Shown: positions 1 through 9,443 of the stretch, in pieces
Numbering within the stretch: the first letter of the stretch is position 1
How the letters are laid out: the number at the start of each line of letters is the position of its first letter
Source of the DNA: a virus
Length of the DNA: 64,000 bases
Reading direction: 5' to 3' (one strand)
IMG/VR virus record: IMGVR_UViG_3300014208_000003
Location: 94,263 to 158,262 of that record
Program-made: the position numbers and the translations under genes
The notes under the pieces: model-generated
What the model saw: the letters and a program-made list of their open reading frames with translations, nothing else
Databases searched by the model: none
What the model was told of the DNA's origin: nothing

Positions 1-169
1 TGGTATAACGGATTCTCTTTTCTGAAACAGCATTCTTCCGGAGTTTTTCTAATACAAAGACTAATCATATCACCACACTCATTATGCTTCAAACAAAACC
101 ACCGCAAATCTTCTATCAATGGGTTAAGTTCTTTAATAGTGAACAACACACCTTTATTAAAATCATTTT

Positions 170-1126
170 TCATACGCACCCAATCAGTTCAAGAATACAC
201 GCTGCTATATGGATTTCTTTATCATTAGCGAAAGAATGCCATTTCATATAATCCGCAATAATTAATATAGCTTTTCCTTGATTTTCTTTAGGAAGCATTG
301 GAATAAGGTTGTCGAATAATTCTCTGTACAAATCATCTATATTAACGTTATTTTCGATTATATATTTTCTTGCATTAGTCAGATCCCTATCCATAATAAA
401 TTTAAAGAACTGTTCCTGTAAATTTATTGTTGTGAAAATATTCGAATCAATTTTCCCATACATTTCGGAATATAGAGAAAGAGTATTAATCATCCGTCTA
501 ATATCAGGATAAAATTTCTCGACAACTTTTACCAATACGTCTTCATCATAAATTACTTTTTCAAAATCCAATATCCCTTTAAGTCTCTTTAATATTTTTG
601 GTTTTAACTCTTCAACAACTTCTTTCAAATCAAACGCAAAAGGAATATTCTGGCAACGCGATTCTCTGAGAGGTTTAATAATTTTATGAATATTATTTGA
701 AGTAAGTATGAAACGACAATATTTATGATACTCTTCTATAAATGCTTTCAATGCGTCTTGGAACGTATCAGATGCACGATCACACTCATCTAATATCACA
801 ACCTTCATTTTTGTTTTAGACCCTATTCCGACACTCATTACAAACCGTTCTATTTCGTTCCTGAGTGTATCAATAGAACCGGACTTTGAAGCATTGATGT
901 AAAGATGTTGTGCACCTATTTCTGTACAAAGAGCTTTAGCAGTAGATGTTTTACCAGTTCCGGGACTTGTACTATAAAAAAGCATGTTCGGAATATCTTT
1001 TTTATTAACCTGTTTCGTGAAGAAGGTTTTTAATGTAGCGGGTAAAACAAGATCCTTAATAGATTTTGGTCGGAACTTTTCTACCCATAATATATTTGCC
1101 ATTTCTTGTTTACTCATTACATACAC
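170..1126 (-). CDS. Clamp loader AAA+ subunit (T4 gp44 / RFC-small-like)
   Basis: LWVEKFRPKSI N-terminus, Walker A PGTGKTS, Walker B VILDECD, ESRC motif. Confidence 0.93.
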   Translation of the reverse strand: MYVMSKQEMANILWVEKFRPKSIKDLVLPATLKTFFTKQVNKKDIPNMLFYSTSPGTGKTSTAKALCTEIGAQHLYINASKSGSIDTLRNEIERFVMSVGIGSKTKMKVVILDECDRASDTFQDALKAFIEEYHKYCRFILTSNNIHKIIKPLRESRCQNIPFAFDLKEVVEELKPKILKRLKGILDFEKVIYDEDVLVKVVEKFYPDIRRMINTLSLYSEMYGKIDSNIFTTINLQEQFFKFIMDRDLTNARKYIIENNVNIDDLYRELFDNLIPMLPKENQGKAILIIADYMKWHSFANDKEIHIAACILELIGCV

Positions 1127-1427
1127 TCTTTCTCAAATCTTTCGATGATACATATCCTATAAAAATCTTTTCTGTTTTATAATATTGGGAACATCTTACT
1201 AAAAATGATGCGTAGTAATTTCTAAGTTTTTCCGGAATTTCTACCCAACAAACAGGAGCTTTTTCTTTGGCTTCTTTAATACCTATTTCTAAATCAAATT
1301 TATCACCTTTTTTATAATTCACTAGAGAATATCCAATCTGAACTCCATTATTAACTTTTTCACCATAGAAGATTCCGAGTCGTTTTCCGTTATCATCTCG
1401 AATATAAGAATAAATAAAATTTTGCAT
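1110..1427 (-). CDS. Hypothetical phage protein
   Basis: ORF in operon with upstream AGGAC RBS-like sequence. Confidence 0.6.
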   Translation of the reverse strand: MQNFIYSYIRDDNGKRLGIFYGEKVNNGVQIGYSLVNYKKGDKFDLEIGIKEAKEKAPVCWVEIPEKLRNYYASFLVRCSQYYKTEKIFIGYVSSKDLRKSVCNE

Positions 1428-1434
1428 ACACGTC

Positions 1435-1824
1435 CTATTTTAAATTAAATGGCGAAGTTGTACTGTTATACGCATTTTCGCCCATAAATTTTTTAGCAAA
1501 CCGCAAATCCTCTATATTTGGTTTGAGTCTATTTTCTATCAACCCACACTTTGTACATTTAACTGTATACGCCTCTACGTACTTAAAAAGCCTTGTACCA
1601 TCATCTTTGAAGTGTCCAAACCAAAAGACTTCTCCCACACCATTATTATCGAAATACTTTAATTTGTGATGTTTAACTTTACACCCAATATTAATAAAAG
1701 GAAACGGTAAATATAGAATCCACCAACAAGTACACAAAAGAGGCAAGAGAAAGTAAACACTAAAGAAAAAAATAATATAAGTCATATATACCTCAAAAAT
1801 AAAGGTGATCCGATTAAAGACCAC
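1435..1824 (-). CDS. Hypothetical membrane-anchored protein
   Basis: Hydrophobic N-terminal segment and a CTKC motif; true start probably the internal Met (MTYII). Confidence 0.5.
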   Translation of the reverse strand: MVFNRITFIFEVYMTYIIFFFSVYFLLPLLCTCWWILYLPFPFINIGCKVKHHKLKYFDNNGVGEVFWFGHFKDDGTRLFKYVEAYTVKCTKCGLIENRLKPNIEDLRFAKKFMGENAYNSTTSPFNLK

Positions 1825-1835
1825 CTTTTTAATAA

Positions 1836-2084
1836 TTACTTCTTTTTTGCAGGATTCCGGAACAGCTTATAACCTCTTGTAGTTGGTTTAAGTCTTGATT
1901 CCGCTATTACTGTTTCTCTGCCTGTTTTAATATTTTCTACAAGAACATGCGATTGATGGATATGTAGAATTCTCAGGCTTCTCTTCTCTCTTCGTCTATC
2001 AGCATCCAACCAGATCTGACCTTTCCTAACAGTTTTCTTCTTTGTCATCGAAACTCCTATTTTTTGAGATTTTGGTATATACAT
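1836..2084 (-). CDS. Hypothetical basic protein
   Basis: Operonic ORF; likely start at MTKKK after GGAG. Confidence 0.5.
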   Translation of the reverse strand: MYIPKSQKIGVSMTKKKTVRKGQIWLDADRRREKRSLRILHIHQSHVLVENIKTGRETVIAESRLKPTTRGYKLFRNPAKKK

Positions 2085-2374
2085 TTACAGGCAATAGGAA
2101 CTTTATTGTTTCCATCCAAAGCAATTCCTGTATAACCTCTTCCGAAACATTTTTTACAATTTTTTTTCGGATTACTTATGGTTACAGAATATCTTTTAGC
2201 AGATTCAACAATTTTATCCCAAGGTGAAAGTTCCTCATAATTTTTAACAGTTCCGCTTTCTGGTTCAACAAAGACTACCTTTTCTTCTGGTAAAGTATAG
2301 TCTTCAAAGTTTTCCAATTCATCATTCATTCTTAACTCCTGCATAAATATTAAGATCAAACTCTTCCGAAACAA
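2057..2374 (-). CDS. Small zinc-binding protein (CKKCFGRG...CKC)
   Basis: DnaJ-like CxxCxGxG motif; likely start at MNDELE. Confidence 0.55.
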   Translation of the reverse strand: MFRKSLILIFMQELRMNDELENFEDYTLPEEKVVFVEPESGTVKNYEELSPWDKIVESAKRYSVTISNPKKNCKKCFGRGYTGIALDGNNKVPIACKCIYQNLKK

Positions 2375-3035
2375 GTTTGAATCTTACTATCGAACCATTA
2401 TAAACAAACACTTCATAATTACCTTTTGGAAGTGCTGTAAAAACATCCGCTGCTACTTTTGCATTTGGTTCTTCTGATTCAACCTTATAATCAAAATCCT
2501 GTTCAAAACTGTTATTGTGATTATGTGTGTGAAAAACAATCTTCAATTTACCTTCTTCTGATTTAATTTCTGTCCATACGATATCAGAACCCTTTTCACA
2601 TGTACGGATCAAATTAACCATCTTCTTTATTTCTACAAGTTCATTATCGGAAATATTGAACGTAGAAGAAAGTTTAAAATCATCGAGATTAATAAAAACT
2701 TCACATTCAATAATTTCTGGTTCGGCCAATACATAACTAAATTTTGACTTATCTTTCTTAATAGTTAGTTTATTTTCTTTTAGTGCGAGTACCGGTGCCT
2801 GAAAACTATTCATTATCTGGAAAAAATCATGAAAATTATTAAAAGCAATTTTCGGAATATCAAACAGGAATTTTTCAACGGGTGCAGATAGATCATAAAA
2901 CAATGTAGAATCTTTCCCAGCATTACCATTAAAGATTTTTACTCTCTCACCGTTCTCAATCACTACCTTAGAACTTATCACACACAACGAATCGATGAGT
3001 GATAAATAATTCTTGTCAAATGGAATCATGAACAT
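2322..3035 (-). CDS. Sliding clamp (T4 gp45-like)
   Basis: 237 aa, beta-rich, upstream of the clamp loader, C-terminal 'LPKGNYEV..YAG' resembling gp45. Confidence 0.7.
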   Translation of the reverse strand: MFMIPFDKNYLSLIDSLCVISSKVVIENGERVKIFNGNAGKDSTLFYDLSAPVEKFLFDIPKIAFNNFHDFFQIMNSFQAPVLALKENKLTIKKDKSKFSYVLAEPEIIECEVFINLDDFKLSSTFNISDNELVEIKKMVNLIRTCEKGSDIVWTEIKSEEGKLKIVFHTHNHNNSFEQDFDYKVESEEPNAKVAADVFTALPKGNYEVFVYNGSIVRFKLVSEEFDLNIYAGVKNE

Positions 3036-3184
3036 TCTCCTTTATAATTTGAATGAAGTTTACCGTCTTTAGTTAGTATTTTTGCTTCGATTAAACGCTG
3101 TTCTACTATTTTCGGATTTGTTTTTATTTCGGCTTTTAATTCTTTTAAAACTTTTCGCGCATCTTCTATATCATTCATAGTTTT

Positions 3185-3212
3185 AATATAAGCACTTTGA
3201 ATATAAAAACAA
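3185..3212 (-). promoter_or_regulatory. Promoter, TTGTTT-N16-TATATT class with CAAAGTGCT spacer motif
   Basis: Related copies at 14137, 33571, 47140 and 9185. Confidence 0.6.
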
Positions 3213-3216
3213 GAGG

Positions 3217-3789
3217 TTAACTGACTTGATCTTTTATTATGTAAATGTAATCGTAAAGTTTTAATCTGAATTCTTCTGTTTTATTATATCCACACGTTTT
3301 AAATTCTGGACACAAACCATTTCTATAGATACATTCCGGAACACAGACAGAAACTAATTCCGGTTCTTTTGTTTTAAGCATATCTAGAAATGATTGCCAT
3401 GCTTTTGTTGTTTCTGGATGAGCCTGTTTACAAAGACGTTTTCTGGATATGCTTATTATAGATTGTGCGTTGGCTATACAATTATGATTTACAGGAACGG
3501 ATTGAATTAAACTATCTCTATTCTTTCCTGTTCGATCATCTCTTTGTGTGGTGACGAAATGTTCTGTATTATTTTTAGAATGTCTCACAAAATGAACGGA
3601 TATCCAAGACTTTATTCCTTTCCATGTCCAATCTATCATCTTCTTTCTTATCGGGGAATGTTCGGAAAGATATAATTTCTTTAACCAACTTCTAGACGGT
3701 GGTTCTAATGCACTCGGTTTATTTACAGTGTTCCTAGCTGCATCTAACATCTCTTTATTGTTATTTGATATGTAATTTATTTTAATCAC
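3217..3789 (-). CDS. thyX: FAD-dependent thymidylate synthase ThyX-like
   Basis: SEHSPIR, SVHFVRH and SRKRLC motifs typical of phage Thy1 proteins. Confidence 0.7.
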   Translation of the reverse strand: MIKINYISNNNKEMLDAARNTVNKPSALEPPSRSWLKKLYLSEHSPIRKKMIDWTWKGIKSWISVHFVRHSKNNTEHFVTTQRDDRTGKNRDSLIQSVPVNHNCIANAQSIISISRKRLCKQAHPETTKAWQSFLDMLKTKEPELVSVCVPECIYRNGLCPEFKTCGYNKTEEFRLKLYDYIYIIKDQVS

Positions 3790-4340
3790 ATCTTCTCCAC
3801 TATTTTATCTGCAATACCGTATTTAATAGCTTCTTCGGGAGTTAACCATGTGTCGGTTGGTTGTAGTAAAAAATCAATAATTTTCTCTTTATTTTTCTTT
3901 ACTGTTAAATGTTTTCTATAATGATTTCTAATTTGTTTCGCTGTTATTTCGAATGCTTTTGTCGCTCCTAATAATTCATGTTCTTTTCCATGACTTCCCC
4001 AAGAATATTGATGAGAAAGGATCAAAGTGTTTTTTGTAATCGTTCTGGTGCCCTTTTCTCCTGTCATGAATATCAACAATCCACACGAACAAATCTCCCC
4101 TAAACCTATTGTCTGAATCGGTATTTTTGAAAATTCCATAAAATCAGTTAAACCAAAAGAGGCTGTTATTAATCCACCCGAAGAATTTATATATAATTTT
4201 AATTTAGATCTTTTTATAGGATTTATATTTTCTTCTATAATCCATTCTATGCTAGGTTTCACTGTCGCGGTTGATATATCTTCCGTCAATAACATTATAC
4301 CACAATCTTTTAAACTTTTTGAATCTTTAACTGGCTCCAT
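3786..4340 (-). CDS. clpP: ClpP-like serine protease (copy 1)
   Basis: YINSSGG, GEICSCG (Ser), ILSHQ (His), DTWLTPEEAIKYGIAD (Asp). Confidence 0.88.
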   Translation of the reverse strand: MEPVKDSKSLKDCGIMLLTEDISTATVKPSIEWIIEENINPIKRSKLKLYINSSGGLITASFGLTDFMEFSKIPIQTIGLGEICSCGLLIFMTGEKGTRTITKNTLILSHQYSWGSHGKEHELLGATKAFEITAKQIRNHYRKHLTVKKNKEKIIDFLLQPTDTWLTPEEAIKYGIADKIVEKM

Positions 4341-4660
4341 GTATTTCCTCTGTTTTAATTGTGATTCGTATATCTTGATTTTAAAATTTTTGGATTATCG
4401 TTTTCGTCAATGTATATTACCAATTCGCTTTTTGTGAATATATTAAAAGGACAAGTAAAACAATTCCTATTTATTACAGAAATATCATCCATTTTATTTT
4501 CTTTTCTCAAATCATTTTTGTCTAGATATATAACGATGCCTTTAAACAATATCATCCTCCTTTGTATATAATTCTCCAAAACATAATTGACAAAACCATA
4601 AAACTAATAATATTAAAAATGCAATCGGTAGAAAAATAATAACACGAAAATAATTTTTAA

Positions 4661-5149
4661 TCATGGTTTGAACGATAACGGATCTATTTTTTGTAAATTG
4701 CTTATATGATGTATTTCCGGATATCCATCATTACCCTTTACACAAATATATTCTATACCACCGTTCGTTAATTTTCTTAAACAACGGTAACAAGGATAAC
4801 ACTCGCTTCCAGATTTTTCTATGAATTCTCCAGTCTTAACACCAAAAGCTGATATATAAATAGTTGATCCTTTTCTATCTTGGGGACTAGAAAAAATTAT
4901 AGCATTTTCTTCTGCATGAATAGCCGGACAATCTTCAAAGCCAGTTCTGCTTTTAACACCTTCTCTTCTGCACACACCAGTATCACAACAATTAACCGCA
5001 CCTCTACACGATCCATTATATCCAGTAGATTTTATAACATCATCTTTTACTATAACAGCTCCGTACATACTTCTAATACAACTAGATCTCTTAGCAACAA
5101 CAGAAGCAATATTCAAATAATATAAATGAGTAGGTGTCCTTTGAATCAT
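4661..5149 (-). CDS. dCMP deaminase
   Basis: STGYNG, HAEENAI and PCYRC zinc motifs. Confidence 0.9.
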   Translation of the reverse strand: MIQRTPTHLYYLNIASVVAKRSSCIRSMYGAVIVKDDVIKSTGYNGSCRGAVNCCDTGVCRREGVKSRTGFEDCPAIHAEENAIIFSSPQDRKGSTIYISAFGVKTGEFIEKSGSECYPCYRCLRKLTNGGIEYICVKGNDGYPEIHHISNLQKIDPLSFKP

Positions 5150-5358
5150 TTGGATTTTCTCCGGAACAAAACCTTATTAAAAAAACCACAAGGAATAAAA
5201 TATCCTAGTGTAAACAATCCCAATACACTACCTCCAAACAGAGCAATCAACAAATCCGCTATTGTTATTTCACCATAATCATTTAAAATAGAATAAATCA
5301 TTACGGAAACACCCACGATACACCATAAACAAATTCCGATAATCCAAATCATATCCAC
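5146..5358 (-). CDS. Small two-TM membrane protein
   Basis: Two hydrophobic helices. Confidence 0.5.
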   Translation of the reverse strand: MDMIWIIGICLWCIVGVSVMIYSILNDYGEITIADLLIALFGGSVLGLFTLGYFIPCGFFNKVLFRRKSK

Positions 5359-5682
5359 CTCTTATTTTTAAATGTCAAAATAAAAACTATCAAAAAAGGA
5401 ACAATAGGAATCAAACCAATTATCATGACCAATCTAGTTTCTATTGAATGAAAATCACATAAATATATAATTAACTGAAATAAATACATAACAATTCCTA
5501 TAGCGATCAACCACTCCATTATTCCTCCACTTTCCAGAATATTTTATTACAACGAGAACACTTATTTATTTTTATTAAAGGTCTATTCAAAACATCTTTC
5601 AGAACAATTAGATCCATATCTCTTTCTAAAATTTTCTGTTTAATATGTCCTAATAATATACACACAATTTTTCTAAAAACTA

Positions 5683-6165
5683 TCAACAGGATCTCCATTT
5701 AATTTGTAGTTGATCGATTTCTTTAATACGTGCTTTCGACATTCCTCTTTTTGCTAATCTTCTTACTCGTTCTTTTTCATCACAACTGGCAAATAACACA
5801 GTATCAAACCTTTCACAAAATTTCGGTAATATTCCATCCATAATTATATCTGAATGTTTATAGAGAAGTGGTTTGAAAATTTGCTTGAATAATAGATTTT
5901 CTAACTGCTCTCGGAATAACTTATCACTAATCAAAACTTTTATCAACCTATCCTTATCCACAACCAATGTCTGAAATCCTTCTCTCGGATCTATACAAAT
6001 AACTTCTCCGTGATTCTTTGATATAAAATCCCTAATCACAGAATTACTTATATATGCCTCTTTTACCATCTCATCACAATTCACAATCTTATATCCAGAA
6101 TTCTTAAACAAAGCACTTATTGTAGTTTTTCCTGAACCTGCTTTACCATATATTCCAATTTTCAT
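5683..6165 (-). CDS. coaE: Dephospho-CoA kinase
   Basis: IGIYGKAGSGKTT P-loop, NCDEMVK, and ERVRRLAKRG..RIKEIDQLQ C-terminus; adjacent to CoaD. Confidence 0.75.
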   Translation of the reverse strand: MKIGIYGKAGSGKTTISALFKNSGYKIVNCDEMVKEAYISNSVIRDFISKNHGEVICIDPREGFQTLVVDKDRLIKVLISDKLFREQLENLLFKQIFKPLLYKHSDIIMDGILPKFCERFDTVLFASCDEKERVRRLAKRGMSKARIKEIDQLQIKWRSC

Positions 6166-7106
6166 TTTAGTAGATACCTTTCTGCAAATTCTGGGTTAAA
6201 CTTCCGAAGACCTCTAATCTGACTCGAAGAAATATGTTCCAAATGCTTATCACAAAAGAAATACACAAATTGGATTTTATCATTTATATCCAGTACAGTT
6301 TTTCTTAAATTATCTTCATAGCCAATATCGTGAACATTCCTCAAACCACGTACAAAGAAAAATTCTACATTGTGAACTTTCTGAAATAATTCTGTTATCA
6401 ATCCGTCATATATCACAACCTCATTCAAAAGAGATTCCGGAATAGATTCTTTCTCTTGTTCTTTATCCGGATTAATCCCTCTCGCAATAATCACCTTATC
6501 AAACATGGCTTCTGCTTTTCGAACAATATTAAAATGCCCTATATGAAATGGACTAAATGATCCCGGATAAATGCCTATCTTATAAATTTTGTTAGATATA
6601 TATTCAATCAATTCCGGAACATGTGGTAAATTGTGCTTCTGGGAAATGTTATACAGAAATTCAATTCTCTTGTTTCTATATATTTCAATGTCCACAAACT
6701 GATATTCTTTAAAGATACCGTTCTCATACTTAATTAAATCGTTTAGAGGCTTTTTAAGGACACTAATATCCAAGTTAATCATTATATCGGTTAAAACATT
6801 TCCCGTGATTGTATGGTGTTTAGTCGCGTTTATGCAGTCAACTACTAAAGAATCTGGTTCCAATCCTTCTAACGTCATAAACCATTCATATCTTTTTATT
6901 GATTCTTCTTCATTGTTGGATTGCCTTGGATCATAAACACAATCATGAAACAGAATAGCCATAGAAAGAACTTCGGTATCTGCTTCGTGTAATTTTAAAA
7001 CATCCAATTCACCAAGCATTTCTATAATATGATTTCTGGAATGATAGTAAGGCTGTTTGTAAAAATTTTCAAAAACATATTTGGAAGCGGTTTCGAACAA
7101 AGTCAT
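6162..7106 (-). CDS. coaD: HD-domain phosphohydrolase fused to phosphopantetheine adenylyltransferase
   Basis: N-terminal YYH..H / FHDCVYDP; C-terminal GIYPGSFSPFHIGH, VRGLRN, HISSSQIR. Confidence 0.8.
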   Translation of the reverse strand: MTLFETASKYVFENFYKQPYYHSRNHIIEMLGELDVLKLHEADTEVLSMAILFHDCVYDPRQSNNEEESIKRYEWFMTLEGLEPDSLVVDCINATKHHTITGNVLTDIMINLDISVLKKPLNDLIKYENGIFKEYQFVDIEIYRNKRIEFLYNISQKHNLPHVPELIEYISNKIYKIGIYPGSFSPFHIGHFNIVRKAEAMFDKVIIARGINPDKEQEKESIPESLLNEVVIYDGLITELFQKVHNVEFFFVRGLRNVHDIGYEDNLRKTVLDINDKIQFVYFFCDKHLEHISSSQIRGLRKFNPEFAERYLLK

Positions 7107-7133
7107 CTAAAAACTCCTCTTGAAGAAAAAATA

Positions 7134-7219
7134 CAGAGAGGGTAGGATTCGAACCTACAAGGGATTATTACTCCCGGCACATTAGCAAAGTGCTGCGTTA
7201 CCAATTACGCTACCTCTCT
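7134..7219 (-). tRNA. tRNA-Ser(GCT), long variable arm, no encoded CCA
   Basis: Minus strand AGAGAGG-TAGCGTAATTGGTAACGC-...TTGCTAA...-GTAGGTTCGAATCCTAC-CCTCTCT-G. Confidence 0.9.
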
Positions 7220-7225
7220 AAAAAA

Positions 7226-7298
7226 TCCCATAGTACGAATTTGAATCGTAATCTTTAGTTCCACAAACTAAAACTCTAACCAATTGAGCTACTATAGG
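7226..7298 (-). tRNA. tRNA-His(GTG), non-canonical
   Basis: Cloverleaf with TTAGT-TTGTGGA-ACTAA anticodon arm; has A53-T61 and an A discriminator. Confidence 0.7.
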
Positions 7299-7308
7299 GG
7301 TGAAAATA

Positions 7309-7379
7309 TAGCGGAGAATGGAGTTGAACCATTTTGTCAAGCTTATGAGACTCGTGAGTGACCGTTACTCTACCCCGCT
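7309..7379 (-). tRNA. tRNA-Met(CAT)
   Basis: AGCGGGG acceptor, CGAGT-CTCATAA-GCTTG anticodon arm, AATGGTTCAACTCCATT T-arm. Confidence 0.8.
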
Positions 7380-7385
7380 TTGTTT

Positions 7386-8702
7386 TTAATCTTTCTCTAA
7401 CTCTCTTATGAAATTAACACAAGATTCAGACCATCCGTTAATATGTATCCAAGAACCATATCCTACACCATTTTTATCAGGAGAAACATTAATAATATAT
7501 CCTTTAACATTCTTGGGACAGTTTGGAACAGCATCTTGACTCTGTTCGTCTGTAATAACAATCATTCTTTCAATATCTGATTCACTTCCAAAAGTTGCGT
7601 TAATAGCTGCACCCATAGCCGTTCCACCGTGATCCTGAGAATTGTGCATTAGATCTTTCAAAGCAAATCCTCTTCTCGGAGCCATTTTACATAATTGATT
7701 AGAAAAAGTGAATATCGAAACATCATCACAAATTTCTCTGGCTAATATTGCGACACCATAAGCAGCATCTAATCTTGTTAATTCACTTTTTGCTGAAACT
7801 GTTGCATCCATACTTCCGGAAACATCAACCAGAATAACTGTCTTCCCTTTAATCTTTTCTTCAGCAATAACACTCTTAAACATCAACTGCTCTAATTCTG
7901 GTTCAAGATCAGGAGCATATTTAGCAGCACTTAAAAATCTAAAAGGCAATACTCTATCAATCTTCATGGTATTCAAAGCATTCTTAATAGCAGTTTTCGG
8001 AACATTCTTTTCAATCATATTCCGGAGATTTCTTAATAATGCTAAAGAACCCAATTTATTTTCAGAAAGCAATCTTACCCATGAATCTTTATTATTACCT
8101 TTTCCAGAAATTTCAACTTCCCATGTATCAGGAGTTTTCAGTTCATCTTTTACTAACCGATTCCAAATATCCTGTTGTTCGTCGTTATCTGGTTTTGGAT
8201 GAGATATGAATAAAACATCTTTAAGAGTAACTGTATTTTTTCGATTATATTTTGCAAGAGAATATTCGTTAAACTTCTTGAATGCTTTCGCTAATCCTTT
8301 TTTAATTTGATTTGCAACTGGTGTTTTTCCTTCTTTCCAATATATCGATAAAAATTCTGTCAACTCATCCGGACGCTGTATAATCCGTTGTAATGTATCA
8401 GCAACTTCAGAACGATGCTTTTCGGAACGTGCCATCTCTCTAACTAACAATAAAGGTACATGTCTAAGCTTTTGTTCATTCCTTGCTTTTATAGCCATTT
8501 CCTTAATATCTTTTGTAGATACTTTCGGAACAAGGTCTTTAATACGATCAGCAACAGAAACACCATCCTCATAGAAATTATTTTCCCATAACATACAAGT
8601 CATTACGGTTCTTTCTAATTCCTGCTTTGCTGAAATGTTTGATGCTTTTGCGCCTTCGTGTGTGATTCTTTTTGAGACTGTTTTCTTGTTAGTAGATGCC
8701 AT
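7386..8702 (-). CDS. Ro60/Rsr TROVE-domain RNA-binding protein with vWA domain
   Basis: THEGA N-terminus, LWENNFYEDG, LAKYNR, TPDTWE, ALLRNLRN, vWA MIDAS VDVSGSM, ITDEQ. Confidence 0.93.
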   Translation of the reverse strand: MASTNKKTVSKRITHEGAKASNISAKQELERTVMTCMLWENNFYEDGVSVADRIKDLVPKVSTKDIKEMAIKARNEQKLRHVPLLLVREMARSEKHRSEVADTLQRIIQRPDELTEFLSIYWKEGKTPVANQIKKGLAKAFKKFNEYSLAKYNRKNTVTLKDVLFISHPKPDNDEQQDIWNRLVKDELKTPDTWEVEISGKGNNKDSWVRLLSENKLGSLALLRNLRNMIEKNVPKTAIKNALNTMKIDRVLPFRFLSAAKYAPDLEPELEQLMFKSVIAEEKIKGKTVILVDVSGSMDATVSAKSELTRLDAAYGVAILAREICDDVSIFTFSNQLCKMAPRRGFALKDLMHNSQDHGGTAMGAAINATFGSESDIERMIVITDEQSQDAVPNCPKNVKGYIINVSPDKNGVGYGSWIHINGWSESCVNFIRELEKD

Positions 8703-8725
8703 TACAAAACTCCTTTAAAAAAATA

Positions 8726-8784
8726 TCGGGGTACAAACGTTTAGAGGCTTGTTTGAAAGAAGTAACTCTGAACTACGCCACCGA
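8726..8784 (-). ncRNA. Minimal Y RNA-like hairpin (Ro-binding stem only)
   Basis: TCGG-TGGCGTA-GTTCAGAG-TTACTTC...CTCTAAAC-GTTTGTACC-CCGA; shares stem motifs with the neighbouring Y RNAs. Confidence 0.65.
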
Positions 8785-8800
8785 AAATATAAACAAAATG

Positions 8801-8862
8801 GTGCGGAATAAGCGTTAACGGGTTTATTTCCCCAAGAAGTATCCGTTAACATTCGCCAGCAC
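8801..8862 (-). ncRNA. Minimal Y RNA-like hairpin
   Basis: GTGC-TGGCGAAT-GTTAACGG-ATACTTC...CCGTTAAC-GCTTATTCC-GCAC. Confidence 0.65.
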
Positions 8863-8874
8863 TTATACTAAAAA

Positions 8875-9007
8875 TCTCTGGAACAAACGAATAGACTCTA
8901 AAGCTTCTGCTCTGCCAACTGAGCTAACACCCGATGAAACCGAGTGTGATGGATTCGAACCACCGACCCGAAGCGCCAATGAAGAAATTCTATTCTACGC
9001 CAAGAGA
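8875..9007 (-). ncRNA. YrlA-type Y RNA with permuted tRNA-like domain
   Basis: Terminal stem; T-arm GGTGGTTCGAATCCATC precedes a loop-closed acceptor-like stem and D-arm TAGCTCAGTTGGCAGAGC; lies upstream of Ro60. Confidence 0.85.
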
Positions 9008-9015
9008 AAATATTA

Positions 9016-9147
9016 AGAGAGGAACGTTCGGAAAGAGAGTTTAACGTTTTACCATTAAACTACGTTACAAGTTTGAATTGCAACGACCGGATTCGAACCG
9101 ATAACTTTTCATTAATAGTGAAGTATCTCTTTCCATTCACCATCTCT
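9016..9147 (-). ncRNA. YrlA-type Y RNA with permuted tRNA-like domain
   Basis: AGAGA-TGGTGAAT-GGAAAGAG-ATACTTC...ATCGGTTCGAATCCGGT...TAGTTTAATGGTAAAAC...CTCTTTCC-GAACGTTCC-TCTCT. Confidence 0.85.
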
Positions 9148-9184
9148 ATTTTTTTATTCAAAGAACTGATTTTTTGTATACCTT

Positions 9185-9213
9185 AATATAACCACAATTC
9201 GTAAAAACTACAA
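9185..9213 (-). promoter_or_regulatory. Sigma70-like promoter for the Y RNA/Ro60 operon (TTGTAG-N17-TATATT)
   Basis: Spacing and position just upstream of the first Y RNA. Confidence 0.6.
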
Positions 9214-9224
9214 GAAAAATCTTT

Positions 9225-9431
9225 TTACCCAAGTAAAATAGGTTTATCTGATTCTACAACTTCTGTAATAGCCGTTTCCTGCATTGGTTTCATGATATGT
9301 ATATGACCACATTCTGAACAATGCATCTCGAGTATATCTTTTTCTTTATTGAATTTTTTGTTAGTAAGAATAGTCCCACATTTCACACACATATAAACTT
9401 TTTTATTTTCAAAAATTTCCATTAGAACCAC
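9225..9431 (-). CDS. Small zinc-ribbon protein
   Basis: CVKCG...CSECG. Confidence 0.55.
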   Translation of the reverse strand: MVLMEIFENKKVYMCVKCGTILTNKKFNKEKDILEMHCSECGHIHIMKPMQETAITEVVESDKPILLG

Positions 9432-9443
9432 CTTTTTAAAAGT

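Noticed and set aside
8875-9147. Two additional tRNA genes (GGTTCGAATCC T-loops)
   Set aside because: The T-arm precedes the D-arm, the acceptor stem is loop-closed and there is no anticodon loop; this fits YrlA-type Y RNAs.
8726-9147. CRISPR-like repeat array
   Set aside because: The units are self-complementary stems with degenerate motifs, not identical repeats with spacers; no cas genes are present.
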